This document shows positions 48,379 through 57,828 of a stretch of DNA of 64,000 nt, one piece after another. The position numbers and the translations under genes are program-made. The notes beneath the pieces were generated by a model. That model did not search any database and was not told the DNA's origin. It worked only from the letters and a program-made list of their open reading frames with translations. Numbering within the stretch: the stretch's first letter is position 1; each line of letters starts with the position of its first letter. Source of the stretch: Candidatus Poribacteria bacterium (GTDB taxonomy: Bacteria; Poribacteria; WGA-4E; WGA-3G); the NCBI GenBank assembly GCA_965261115.1, contig OZ253447.1:647625-711624 (forward strand), written 5' to 3'.

Positions 48379-48993
48379 ATGACCCGCGAAACCGTAGATG
48401 CTGGTTCAAGTCTGTCGCTACAACAAAAAGCCCGAAAGCTCATCAGTTGGCTTCTCCATAAACACGGGCCCGTTCGGAATTGGCGATACATCCCGACACA
48501 CGTGTTGCTGCGAAAACTACGATCGGAGTCTGCTGAGATGCGCGCCTACGCCGCCGAAGGGTTAGGCGGTGTCGGCGATGTCCATGCGGTCGCACCGCTC
48601 ATTGATGCCTTAACCGATAACAACTCAACCGTCCGCCGATTCGCCATCTCCTCACTCGGTAAGATCCGAGATGCCCGCGCCATTGATGTCCTGATCCCAT
48701 TCCTACAAGACGAAGAACCGGATATGCGCTGCGCCGCCGCCGTCGCGCTCGGAGAATTAGGACTCACCGAAGACAGGTTTTCAACACCACCCGTACAAGT
48801 AATAGAAGCACTAATAAACAGCGTAACAGACAGCGATAGAGCCGTCTGCTCCGCTGCAGTTGTCGCTTTAGGCAGAATCGGCAGCCCGCAAGCCATCGCT
48901 GCGCTCAACGCACTCGCAGACACCACCGACAGCGAATGGATCCGCCGTTATATCAGCGAAGCACTCCATCAAATTGAAGAACAGAACACCTAA
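48379..48993 (+). CDS. HEAT-repeat (PBS-lyase-type) protein
   Basis: Repeated units ...VR..A..ALG.IGD..A...L... (e.g. VRRFAISSLGKIRDARAIDVLIPFLQDEEPDMRCAAAVALGELG); start chosen at the ATG with a GAGGTGG SD. Confidence 0.55.
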   Translation: MTRETVDAGSSLSLQQKARKLISWLLHKHGPVRNWRYIPTHVLLRKLRSESAEMRAYAAEGLGGVGDVHAVAPLIDALTDNNSTVRRFAISSLGKIRDARAIDVLIPFLQDEEPDMRCAAAVALGELGLTEDRFSTPPVQVIEALINSVTDSDRAVCSAAVVALGRIGSPQAIAALNALADTTDSEWIRRYISEALHQIEEQNT

Positions 48994-49231
48994 CAATCCG
49001 ATCAATATAGGTAAAACATGTTGTCAGTGACACCCTGCTAAAGCATGGGTGCTTGTGCGAAGCCTATACCACAGGTTCACTCCACAAGATTAAGTCCTGA
49101 CTACAGTAAAATATCGCGGTATCTTGGTGTGGTCGCCAGCACAATGTTTCGGATGCTCCCCAAGTCTGATTCCTTTTGGATACTGTGATCTGGATGGGGC
49201 AATATACAACCCGAAAGGGAGATTACAAACT
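48994..49231 (+). ncRNA. Candidate omega-RNA region for the adjacent IsrB (238-nt non-coding stretch immediately 5' of isrB)
   Basis: Inference from the known IscB/IsrB locus architecture (omega-RNA encoded upstream of and overlapping the 5' end of the ORF); no covariance evidence available here. Confidence 0.3.
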
Positions 49232-50254
49232 ATGTTTGTTCCAGTAACGAGTAAAACGGGTGGCAAGTTAATGCCGACACGTCCAAACAAGGCAGGTATG
49301 CTGATTAAGAAAGGATTAGCAACCCCCTATTGGTCTAATGGCATATTCTGTGTCAGACTCAACTACGAAGTGGAAACCGACTACACGCAAGAGATTGCTG
49401 TGGGTGTAGACCCTGGCAGCAAAAAAGAAGGCTTTACCGTGAAGTCTGAAGCACATACCTACTTGAATGTTCAAGCCGATGCCCATAACAAAGTCGGCAA
49501 GAAGATTGAAAAGCGTCGTGAGTTGCGGCGAGGGCGGCGTTCTCGGAAGTGTCCGAACCGCAAAAACCGCACCAACCGTCTTGCAAATAAAGAACGGATT
49601 CCCGCAGGCACACGTGCGAGATGGGATTGGAAACTCCGTATCCTTGACTGGTTGTCTAAACTCTATCCTATCACCCATGTCTGCGTTGAAGACATTAAGG
49701 CACGAACAATACAACGTGCTAACAAGTGGAATCAGTCTTTTAGTCCATTGGAAGTCGGTAAGCAGTGGTTCTACACTCAAGCGCAGAAGCGATGGAAACT
49801 GCTAACACTTCAAGGCTACGAGACAAAAGAGATACGCGATAGACTCGGTCTCAAGAAGTCGTCTAAAAAACTTGCTGAAACTTTTGACGCACATTGTGTA
49901 GATTCTTGGTGTCTTGCTTATCACACAATAGGCGGGCAAGATATACCTGATAATACCCGTGTATTCTGTATATCGCCGATCCCCATACGCAGGCGTGAAC
50001 TTCATAGACAAAACCCACAGAAAGATGGGAAGCGTCCACGCTATGGCGGCACGACTTGGAATGGATGGGTAAAGAACACACTCGTCAAACATGTTAAATA
50101 CGGTTTGACACGGATCAGTGGCTTTAGCAAACAAGGGATTTCTCTATATTCTCTGCGTGGAAAACGCTTGTGTCAAAACGCGAAAACACAAGATTTAAAA
50201 GTGCTAACACGACTCAACTTTAACTATAGGAGCGGTGTTTCCTGCGCCCGCTAA
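49232..50254 (+). CDS. IsrB-like OMEGA RNA-guided nickase (IscB homolog lacking the HNH insertion): PLMP domain, RuvC-I, Arg-rich bridge helix, RuvC-II, RuvC-III, TI domain
   Basis: Start at MFVPVTSKTGGKLMPTRPNKAGMLIKKG with AAGGGAG SD; this N-terminus is the hallmark IscB/IsrB sequence (PLMP motif here KLMP). RuvC-I AVGVDPGSKKEGFTV, bridge helix KRRELRRGRRSRK, RuvC-II ITHVCVEDIK, RuvC-III FDAHCVDSWCLAYH. Only ~70 aa between RuvC-II and RuvC-III, so no HNH. Confidence 0.75.
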   Translation: MFVPVTSKTGGKLMPTRPNKAGMLIKKGLATPYWSNGIFCVRLNYEVETDYTQEIAVGVDPGSKKEGFTVKSEAHTYLNVQADAHNKVGKKIEKRRELRRGRRSRKCPNRKNRTNRLANKERIPAGTRARWDWKLRILDWLSKLYPITHVCVEDIKARTIQRANKWNQSFSPLEVGKQWFYTQAQKRWKLLTLQGYETKEIRDRLGLKKSSKKLAETFDAHCVDSWCLAYHTIGGQDIPDNTRVFCISPIPIRRRELHRQNPQKDGKRPRYGGTTWNGWVKNTLVKHVKYGLTRISGFSKQGISLYSLRGKRLCQNAKTQDLKVLTRLNFNYRSGVSCAR

Positions 50255-50282
50255 AGCAGGGGTTTCCACACCGAAGATTTTG

Positions 50283-50498
50283 ATGAAGAAAGAACAAATC
50301 GTCTCCCAAAATCCACGAATTATGAATGGCAGGTTGGTCTTTGCTGGCACTCGTGTGCCGGTTGAAAGTCTAATTCAGCACCTCGCTGCAGGAGATTCAC
50401 TCAATAAATTTCTCGACCACTTCCCGACAGTGTCGCGTGAACAAGCAGTTGCTTATTTAGAAATGAACCTGGAATTCGCAGATGCGCGTGTTGAATGA
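50283..50498 (+). CDS. DUF433 domain protein (start at MKKEQIV)
   Basis: VFAGTRVPVESLIQHLAAGDSLNKFLDHFPTVSREQAVAYLE matches the DUF433 pattern; begins 29 nt after the isrB stop. Confidence 0.55.
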   Translation: MKKEQIVSQNPRIMNGRLVFAGTRVPVESLIQHLAAGDSLNKFLDHFPTVSREQAVAYLEMNLEFADARVE

Positions 50499-50643
50499 AT
50501 TCTCCATTTTTCTTGATTTTTACAACCAAATCTGGTATAATAATTGTTAATTTTCACAGCATCTGAAATGGTTCCACTCACACAAATTGAGAGTCCACAT
50601 TAGCACGCGCGACTACAAGCGTACCACCTACACTACAATAACT

Positions 50644-51561
50644 ATGGACGAAATCCAAGACTTCAAATCCGGTTACGTTAGCATCATCGGCGCACCTAAC
50701 GTCGGGAAATCGACGCTGCTTAATGCTATCTTAGGGCAGAAATTAGCGATCGTCACCCCGAAACCACAGACAACGCGTAACCAGATTCGTGGAATCCTCA
50801 CCACAGACACCCATCAAATTATCTTTGTCGATACCCCCGGGCTGATGAACCCAAAGTACCGCTTACAAAGCGAAATGGTCAAAACCGCTTATGGTGCTTT
50901 AGCGGACGCGGATGTCGTACTTTTCGTGATTGATGTCACGCGCCGAGACCCAGATATCGAAGATACAATCCTAAAACGCCTCAAACGTATTAAATCGACA
51001 ACAATCCTCGTTCCGAACAAAGTAGATCTCGTCGAAAAACGCACCCTACTCCCTATCTTTGAAGACTACAGCCAAAAGTTTGAATTCGCGCACATAATCC
51101 CCATCTCCGCCTTAACCGCCGATGGGGTCCCAGTGCTTCTCGAGCAGATTGAAGACTATCTGCCCGTTGGTCCCCAATATTTCCCAGAGGACCAACTCAG
51201 CGATCTCCCCGAACGGTTCTTCATCGCCGAAACCGTCCGAGAGAAAATTATGCTCATGACGCAACGCGAGATACCCTACGCCTCCGCTGTTGTCGTTGAA
51301 GAATTTGAGAAACGCCAGACAAACAAATCAGGCGAGATTCTTTATATCCGTGCCATCATCTACGCAGAACGACAGACACAGAAGCAAATTATCATCGGCA
51401 AAGGGGGTAAGTTAGTCAAACGGGTGGGTGAACTCGCACGCATCGATATCGAAAAATTCTTAGATGAACGCGTCTTCTTAGAACTCTACGTAACAGTCAA
51501 AGCCGATTGGCGCAGAGATGCACGTAAACTCAAGGAATTAGGCGGCTTTGCAGATATTTAA
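50644..51561 (+). CDS. era: GTPase Era
   Basis: G1 GAPNVGKSTLLN, G3 DTPG, G4 NKVD, C-terminal KH domain; start chosen at MDEIQDFKSGYVSIIG to match Era length (the track's upstream alternative start at 50587 is possible). Confidence 0.85.
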   Translation: MDEIQDFKSGYVSIIGAPNVGKSTLLNAILGQKLAIVTPKPQTTRNQIRGILTTDTHQIIFVDTPGLMNPKYRLQSEMVKTAYGALADADVVLFVIDVTRRDPDIEDTILKRLKRIKSTTILVPNKVDLVEKRTLLPIFEDYSQKFEFAHIIPISALTADGVPVLLEQIEDYLPVGPQYFPEDQLSDLPERFFIAETVREKIMLMTQREIPYASAVVVEEFEKRQTNKSGEILYIRAIIYAERQTQKQIIIGKGGKLVKRVGELARIDIEKFLDERVFLELYVTVKADWRRDARKLKELGGFADI

Positions 51562-51666
51562 CCACATTCTTCTGAATCAAAAACTTAATCACCGCCAACA
51601 TAGTCAAGAATTAATCAAAAACCCGCCTGAAACGAAGTCGAAGGCAGGCCAGGAACCCCAAAAAAA

Positions 51667-54600
51667 ATGACAGAAGCGTCAATTCACGTACAAGGTGCGC
51701 GAGAACACAACCTACGCAATATTGACATCCAACTGCCAAAAGATAAACTTATCGTCTTCACCGGCGTTAGCGGCTCTGGTAAATCTTCACTGGCAATTGA
51801 TACTGTCTATGCCGAAGGACAACGGCGATATATTGAATCTTTATCGGCGTACGCACGCCAATTCTTGGGACAACTCGGAAAACCAGACGTAGATGAAATC
51901 GTCGGGCTGTCCCCCTCTATCGCCATCAGTCAGGGATCAACCGGACATAACCCGCGCTCCACGGTCGCCACTGTAACCGAGATCTACGACTACCTGCGTG
52001 TGCTTTATGCCCGTGTCGGACAATTCCACTGTCCCGAATGTGGTCGTGAAGTCGGTTCACAAACCCCCACAGACATCGTCAACACTTTGCTCAACCACCC
52101 TGAACGCACAAGGCTCATCATCTTAGCACCGATCGCCAGAGGTTCCCGCGGCGCACATGAAAAAGAAATCGAGGACCTACGAAATGCCGGTTTCGCCCGA
52201 TTACGCGTTGATGGCGAAATACACGAAATCCGTCCAGGCTTCGCGCTCAGTCGCAACCAACGCCACGACATTGATCTCGTCATCGACAGGATTATCATCA
52301 AAGACGGCATCGAACCACGCATCACGCAAGCAGTAGATACAGCACTTTTGCGCGGAGAGGGCAGCATGCTTGTCCAAGTTGTGCCAACTGAAGGCGAGGC
52401 ATCCCCATTTCTATCAGAAGAAGACGATCTACTCTTTAGTAGGGACTACACCTGTTCGCACTGTCGGATAAGTTTCGTGAAACCAGAACCCCGCCATTTT
52501 TCTTTCAATAACCCCGACGGAATGTGCGAAAACTGCAGGGGGTTGGGTGTACAAATGGGGATCCTACCGCAGTTGATTATCCTTGATGATACCCTCTCTA
52601 TCATGAAAGGAGCTATCAGTCTGTGGGGACCCCTTAACACGCAAAAGCGCGCCACAGAAAAAGCCATTGCCGAAGCACTCGCAAAACATCTCGGATTTGA
52701 TCTCAAAACGCCTTGGAAGGAACTCACGCCGGAACAACAAAACGCCGTCCTTTACGGCACCGGCGACGACATCCTCACGATCACGATCCCCGCGAAAAAT
52801 ACACAAAAAAATCGAAAACAACGCCGACGACACCGCGTCCACTTTCACGGTATCATCCCCGCCGAAGAACAGAAGCACTACTTCGATGATGACGACGAAG
52901 CCGATGAAGACGACTTCCCTGATTACTTCGTCAAAATGACCTGTCGAGTATGTGAAGGCACCCGACTGAACTCTTGGACAAAAGCCATAACGATAGACAA
53001 TACCCCAATAACCAACATCCTTGAAATGTCTATTCAGGACGCGACCGATTTTTTCAATGATCTTGAACTCCCAGAACGCGAGGCGTTCATCGCGCAGGAA
53101 CTCTTAAAGGAAATTCGCGGACGACTCGGATTCCTTATGGATGTCGGATTGGGATACCTGACGCTCTCACGTCCCGCACCGACGCTTTCCGGCGGTGAAG
53201 CGCAACGCATCCGTCTCGCCAGCCAAGTAGGCGCAGGGTTACGCGATGTTACTTACGTGCTTGATGAGCCGAGCATCGGGTTACACCCACGCGACCACGC
53301 GGGGCTACTCACCACCCTCCTAAACCTGCGGAATCAGGGCAACACCGTCATTGTTGTTGAACACGATGAGGCAACCATGTTGGTCGCCGACTGGATCGTC
53401 GATTTCGGGCCTGGCGCAGGCATCAAAGGCGGAAAGATAACCGATATCGGGACACCCGCACAATTCATTAAGGAGAGTAGGACCCTTACTGCCCAATATC
53501 TCCGTGGCGATAAGGTGATCATCCAGCCTGAATCCCGCCGCCCAACAGGAGACAACTGGATACAGATACAAAACGCACGGCAAAACAACCTGAAAGCGAT
53601 CAGTCCTAAAATACCAATCGGCACCCTCTGCTGTGTAACAGGTGTCAGCGGCTCTGGAAAGAGTTCCTTAATCCACGATATCCTCTACAATGCACTCGCT
53701 CGCGACCTCATGAAGGCAAAAACCGTACCGGGCGACTACGACGATATCCGAGGGATCATCAAAGAAAAAGAAGTGCCTATCTCCGATGTTATTGACAAAA
53801 TTATCAACATTAACATGGCACCCATCGGACGAACACCACGCTCCAACGCCGCAACCTACACAAAGGTGTTTGATGCGATTCGCGCACTCTACGCCGGCTT
53901 GCCTGATGCAAAATTGCGAGGCTATAAACCGGGACGGTTCAGTTTCAATGTTACCGGAGGCAGATGTGAGGCATGCAACGGCAACGGTGCCAAAAAAGTT
54001 GATATGGGACTCCTCTCTGATGTCTGGGTGGAGTGCGAGGTATGCAATGGGAAACGCTTTAACAACGAGACCCTCGCAATAAAATATAAAGGGAAAAATA
54101 TCGCTGAAGTCCTCGAAATGGATATTGATACCGCACTCGTCCACTTCGCCGATATTCCAAGAGTCGCAAGAGGCTTAAAACTACTCCACGATGTCGGCCT
54201 CGATTACATTAAACTCGGACAACCCGCACCGACACTTTCCGGAGGCGAGGCGCAACGCATCAAACTTTCAAAGGAACTCTCAAAACGAGGAACCGGCAAA
54301 ACCCTTTATATCCTTGATGAACCCACAACAGGGTTGCATTTTGACGATGTAAATAAACTACTAACGATTCTTCATCGACTCGTAGACGATGGTAACACCG
54401 TCGTCGTCGTAGAACATAACCTTGAGGTCATCAATTCCGCAGACTATCTCATCGACTTAGGACCAGAGGGCGGTGTCGGCGGTGGCACTATCGTTGCTGA
54501 AGGCACACCTGAACAGATCGCTGAGATGCCCGAATCTTACACCGGACAAGCACTCCGCGGTGATTTCGATATCTGGCGTGATGCCAAGCAACGACTCAAG

Positions 54601-57465
54601 GAACCTGAACTTGCTTACGCACTCGGACAAACACACGAAGAACGAACTGCAATCGCTGTGCAAGGTGCTACAGAAAATAACCTCAAAAATGTTGACATCG
54701 ATATCCCGCATCGGAAAATGACGGCGTTGACAGGTGTCAGCGGCTCTGGAAAAACCTCCCTCGCACTTGATACCATCTACGCCGAAGGACAGCGGCGTTA
54801 TATCGAGACTCTCAGCACCTATGCACGTCAGTTCATAGGACAGATGGAGAAACCGAAAGTCTCAAAAATCGAAGGACTTTCACCCGCCATCGCAATTTCG
54901 CATGCAAACGCAGGGCAAAACCCACGCTCAACAGTCGCAACAATCACCGAAATACATGACGGACTCCGCACGCTTTACGCCAGATGGGGTAAACCCCACT
55001 GTCCCGACTGCCTTGTAGAGGTCCAATCCCAGAGTGCCGAACAAATAACACAACAGGTTTTTGAAATGCTCCCGCAAGAACGGGTGGATGTTCTCGCCCC
55101 CCTCACAAACTTTATGCTTCTCCCAGAAACTAACGAAGGCATAACAAGGGGTAAAATCATTGACATCAACGCCAATGAATCTGCTTACGGGCTAAAGGGA
55201 AACGAGGATTACGCCGAGGCATTCAGTCGATTGCAACGCGCTGGTTTTGCACGCGTCCAAATTGATGGCGAAATTCACAGACTTGATGAAGCCCCCAAAC
55301 TCAGCAAAGGCATTCGCCATGAAATTTTTATCGTCATTGATCGCGTTGAACTCGTTGACGAAGAAAAGGCGCGGTTTACGGAAGCCGTTGAGTTAGCACT
55401 CCTCCAAAGCGGCGGGTTCGTACTCATCCAAAAAACGCGTTCCACCGCTCGCGCGTCCACGAGAAGCAACCGATCCAAACAGAAAACCACGGAAAAACCA
55501 GAGCCGGAGACGACAGATAAAAAATTCTTCAGTGAACACGCCATGTGTGCCGCCTGCGGCAACAACTTCGCACAGTTGACACCACGCCACTTCTCCTTTA
55601 ACAACAAAGTCGGCGCGTGCGACTTCTGCGACGGACGCGGCAGGAATTTACACCCACCACACAACGCATGCAGCCAATGTCAAGGCACACGTCTGAAACC
55701 GTTTCCAAGCCACGTCATGTTTGAAGATACAACCATCGCTGAATTGATGGAAATGTCAATTACCGAAATTATTGCGTTCTTCAATGTCCGGTTGAAACAG
55801 ATTGAAGCGCAAGTCGGCAATGACACACAAAACGGTAGTGCGGATCCTTCTGTCCCAAAAGGGGTGTCAACCTCCAGAGCGACACATCCTGCACTTCATG
55901 TACATACCTCGCCTGAATTTGAAGCCGAAGTCCTCCAGCAAATTCAGATACGCCTTCAGTTCTTAGAAGATATCGGACTCGGTTACCTCGCATTAGACCG
56001 TGGCGCACCGACGCTTTCGGGCGGCGAAATGCGTAGAATCCAACTCGCAAGTCAACTCGGCAGCGGGCTCACCGGCGTAACCTATATCCTCGACGAACCG
56101 AGCATCGGGCTACACCCACGCGACCAAGAACGTCTCATCAACGCACTCAAGGAACTCCGCGATATCGGCAACAGCGTCCTCGTCGTTGAACACGACCGCG
56201 ATACAATATTAGCCTCCGACCATGTGATTGACTTCGGACCTAAAGCAGGCAAAGGCGGCGGTGAAATTATCGCCATCGGGGCACCAGATACCTTTACTGA
56301 CGGCACCATTGCTACACAGAAACCGTCTACCCAGTCTCTGACGCAAGCCTACCTCTCCAATGAAGTAGAAATCCCTGTTCCAAAAACGCGACGTAAAGGG
56401 ACAGGCAAACAGTTGGCAATATCCGGTGCGAAAACCAACAACCTCAAAAACATTGATGTCAAGATTCCGCTCGGAACACTCACCTGCGTAACCGGCGTTT
56501 CCGGGTGCGGAAAAAGCTCACTCGTTGAAGGCACCCTAAAACCAGCACTTGAAAGTCGTAGCTCCATCAAAACAGGTGATGCTAAAGATCGCCGTTATAC
56601 CCACCATATCAGCGATAGCCAGTGGGAACCCATATATAACGACTACGGAATACCGGAGTATGAAAGCATCCGCGGTGTTAGCCATATCAAGCGACTCATC
56701 AACGTAGACCAGAAGGCGATCGGTGAAACACCGCGCTCTAATCCTGCTACTTATACCGACCTGTTCACGAAAATCCGTGAACTCTTCGCCGAGCAACACG
56801 ACGCAAAGATGCGCGGATTTGGTATCGGTATGTTCAGTTTCAATCTTGCTGCTGGACAGTGCCACGTATGCGAGGGGCACCGTTTCAATCGCGTCGAGAT
56901 GCATTTTCTGCCGGATGTCTGGATGCCGTGTGAAGCGTGTAATAGCACCGGCTACAATATAGATACGCTTGAAATCCGTTATAAAGGAAAAAATATCGCC
57001 GAAGTCTTAGATATGACGGTAGATGAAGCACTCACATTCTTCAGTGAAAGTTCACGTATCTGCCGAACACTCCAGATGTTAGCCGATGTCGGGTTGGGTT
57101 ACATCCAATTAGGGCAATCAGCGACGACACTCTCCGGTGGTGAAGCACAGCGCGTCAAACTCGCGAAAGAGTTAGCGCGTCGTCAAACCGGTTCAACGCT
57201 CTATATTATGGACGAACCGACAACAGGACTCCACTTCGACGACATCCAAAAGCTCCTCAAGGTCTTGAACACACTCGTCGATGCAGGGAACACCATCATC
57301 GCCGTCGAACACAACATCGACGTCATCAAATCCGCAGACTGGATCATCGACTTGGGACCCGAGGGCAGCAAACGTGGCGGAGAAGTCGTTGCAATGGGCA
57401 CCCCCGAAGAGGTCGCAAAGGTCCAAAAATCCCACACCGCACGCTTCCTACGTGAGGTATTGTAG
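51667..57465 (+). CDS. uvrA: Tandem-fused double UvrA (two complete UvrA units in one 1932-aa polypeptide)
   Basis: Unit 1 from MTEASIHVQGAREHNLRNIDIQLPKDKLIVFTGVSGSGKSSLAIDTVYAEGQRRY... to ...AEGTPEQIAEMPESYTGQALRG. Unit 2 from ~residue 990 TAIAVQGATENNLKNVDIDIPHRKMTALTGVSGSGKTSLALDTIYAEGQRRY... to ...GTPEEVAKVQKSHTARFLREVL. Each unit has two ABC modules and the UvrA zinc-finger CxxC pairs. Confidence 0.85.
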   Translation: MTEASIHVQGAREHNLRNIDIQLPKDKLIVFTGVSGSGKSSLAIDTVYAEGQRRYIESLSAYARQFLGQLGKPDVDEIVGLSPSIAISQGSTGHNPRSTVATVTEIYDYLRVLYARVGQFHCPECGREVGSQTPTDIVNTLLNHPERTRLIILAPIARGSRGAHEKEIEDLRNAGFARLRVDGEIHEIRPGFALSRNQRHDIDLVIDRIIIKDGIEPRITQAVDTALLRGEGSMLVQVVPTEGEASPFLSEEDDLLFSRDYTCSHCRISFVKPEPRHFSFNNPDGMCENCRGLGVQMGILPQLIILDDTLSIMKGAISLWGPLNTQKRATEKAIAEALAKHLGFDLKTPWKELTPEQQNAVLYGTGDDILTITIPAKNTQKNRKQRRRHRVHFHGIIPAEEQKHYFDDDDEADEDDFPDYFVKMTCRVCEGTRLNSWTKAITIDNTPITNILEMSIQDATDFFNDLELPEREAFIAQELLKEIRGRLGFLMDVGLGYLTLSRPAPTLSGGEAQRIRLASQVGAGLRDVTYVLDEPSIGLHPRDHAGLLTTLLNLRNQGNTVIVVEHDEATMLVADWIVDFGPGAGIKGGKITDIGTPAQFIKESRTLTAQYLRGDKVIIQPESRRPTGDNWIQIQNARQNNLKAISPKIPIGTLCCVTGVSGSGKSSLIHDILYNALARDLMKAKTVPGDYDDIRGIIKEKEVPISDVIDKIININMAPIGRTPRSNAATYTKVFDAIRALYAGLPDAKLRGYKPGRFSFNVTGGRCEACNGNGAKKVDMGLLSDVWVECEVCNGKRFNNETLAIKYKGKNIAEVLEMDIDTALVHFADIPRVARGLKLLHDVGLDYIKLGQPAPTLSGGEAQRIKLSKELSKRGTGKTLYILDEPTTGLHFDDVNKLLTILHRLVDDGNTVVVVEHNLEVINSADYLIDLGPEGGVGGGTIVAEGTPEQIAEMPESYTGQALRGDFDIWRDAKQRLKEPELAYALGQTHEERTAIAVQGATENNLKNVDIDIPHRKMTALTGVSGSGKTSLALDTIYAEGQRRYIETLSTYARQFIGQMEKPKVSKIEGLSPAIAISHANAGQNPRSTVATITEIHDGLRTLYARWGKPHCPDCLVEVQSQSAEQITQQVFEMLPQERVDVLAPLTNFMLLPETNEGITRGKIIDINANESAYGLKGNEDYAEAFSRLQRAGFARVQIDGEIHRLDEAPKLSKGIRHEIFIVIDRVELVDEEKARFTEAVELALLQSGGFVLIQKTRSTARASTRSNRSKQKTTEKPEPETTDKKFFSEHAMCAACGNNFAQLTPRHFSFNNKVGACDFCDGRGRNLHPPHNACSQCQGTRLKPFPSHVMFEDTTIAELMEMSITEIIAFFNVRLKQIEAQVGNDTQNGSADPSVPKGVSTSRATHPALHVHTSPEFEAEVLQQIQIRLQFLEDIGLGYLALDRGAPTLSGGEMRRIQLASQLGSGLTGVTYILDEPSIGLHPRDQERLINALKELRDIGNSVLVVEHDRDTILASDHVIDFGPKAGKGGGEIIAIGAPDTFTDGTIATQKPSTQSLTQAYLSNEVEIPVPKTRRKGTGKQLAISGAKTNNLKNIDVKIPLGTLTCVTGVSGCGKSSLVEGTLKPALESRSSIKTGDAKDRRYTHHISDSQWEPIYNDYGIPEYESIRGVSHIKRLINVDQKAIGETPRSNPATYTDLFTKIRELFAEQHDAKMRGFGIGMFSFNLAAGQCHVCEGHRFNRVEMHFLPDVWMPCEACNSTGYNIDTLEIRYKGKNIAEVLDMTVDEALTFFSESSRICRTLQMLADVGLGYIQLGQSATTLSGGEAQRVKLAKELARRQTGSTLYIMDEPTTGLHFDDIQKLLKVLNTLVDAGNTIIAVEHNIDVIKSADWIIDLGPEGSKRGGEVVAMGTPEEVAKVQKSHTARFLREVL

Positions 57466-57583
57466 GAGCAATAGACCAATTCTTGTTAGTTTGACCTTTA
57501 GCACTTATTTTCTGCTTGATTTTCTCTCTTAAACATGCTATGATTTAGATTCCATATACGGAACACAACAAAGAAAGGCTAAC

Positions 57584-57802
57584 ATGATTCATATTAACGA
57601 GGAACTCTGTGTCTATTGCGGCGCATGCGTCGCTGTCTGTCCTGAAAACATCATTGATCTGGTAGACACACATCTGAAAATAGACCAACCCAAGTGCACC
57701 GATTGTATGAAATGCGTCAAAGGATGCCCGATTGGTGTACTTTCCATGGAACGGAACGGAAAGATTTACGCTTTCGATTATCCTGACAGAGGACTCTTCT
57801 GA
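57584..57802 (+). CDS. 2[4Fe-4S] ferredoxin
   Basis: Two CxxCxxCxxxCP motifs (CVYCGACVAVCP, CTDCMKCVKGCP); GAAAGG SD. Confidence 0.8.
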   Translation: MIHINEELCVYCGACVAVCPENIIDLVDTHLKIDQPKCTDCMKCVKGCPIGVLSMERNGKIYAFDYPDRGLF

Positions 57803-57828
57803 TTAAGGACACCCCAAAGAGAGTATAA

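Noticed and set aside
49124-49231. Longer IsrB ORF starting at the track's alternative start at 49124
   Set aside because: No SD. The conserved IscB/IsrB N-terminus begins exactly at the ATG at 49232, which has an AAGGGAG SD. The upstream stretch is where the omega-RNA is expected.
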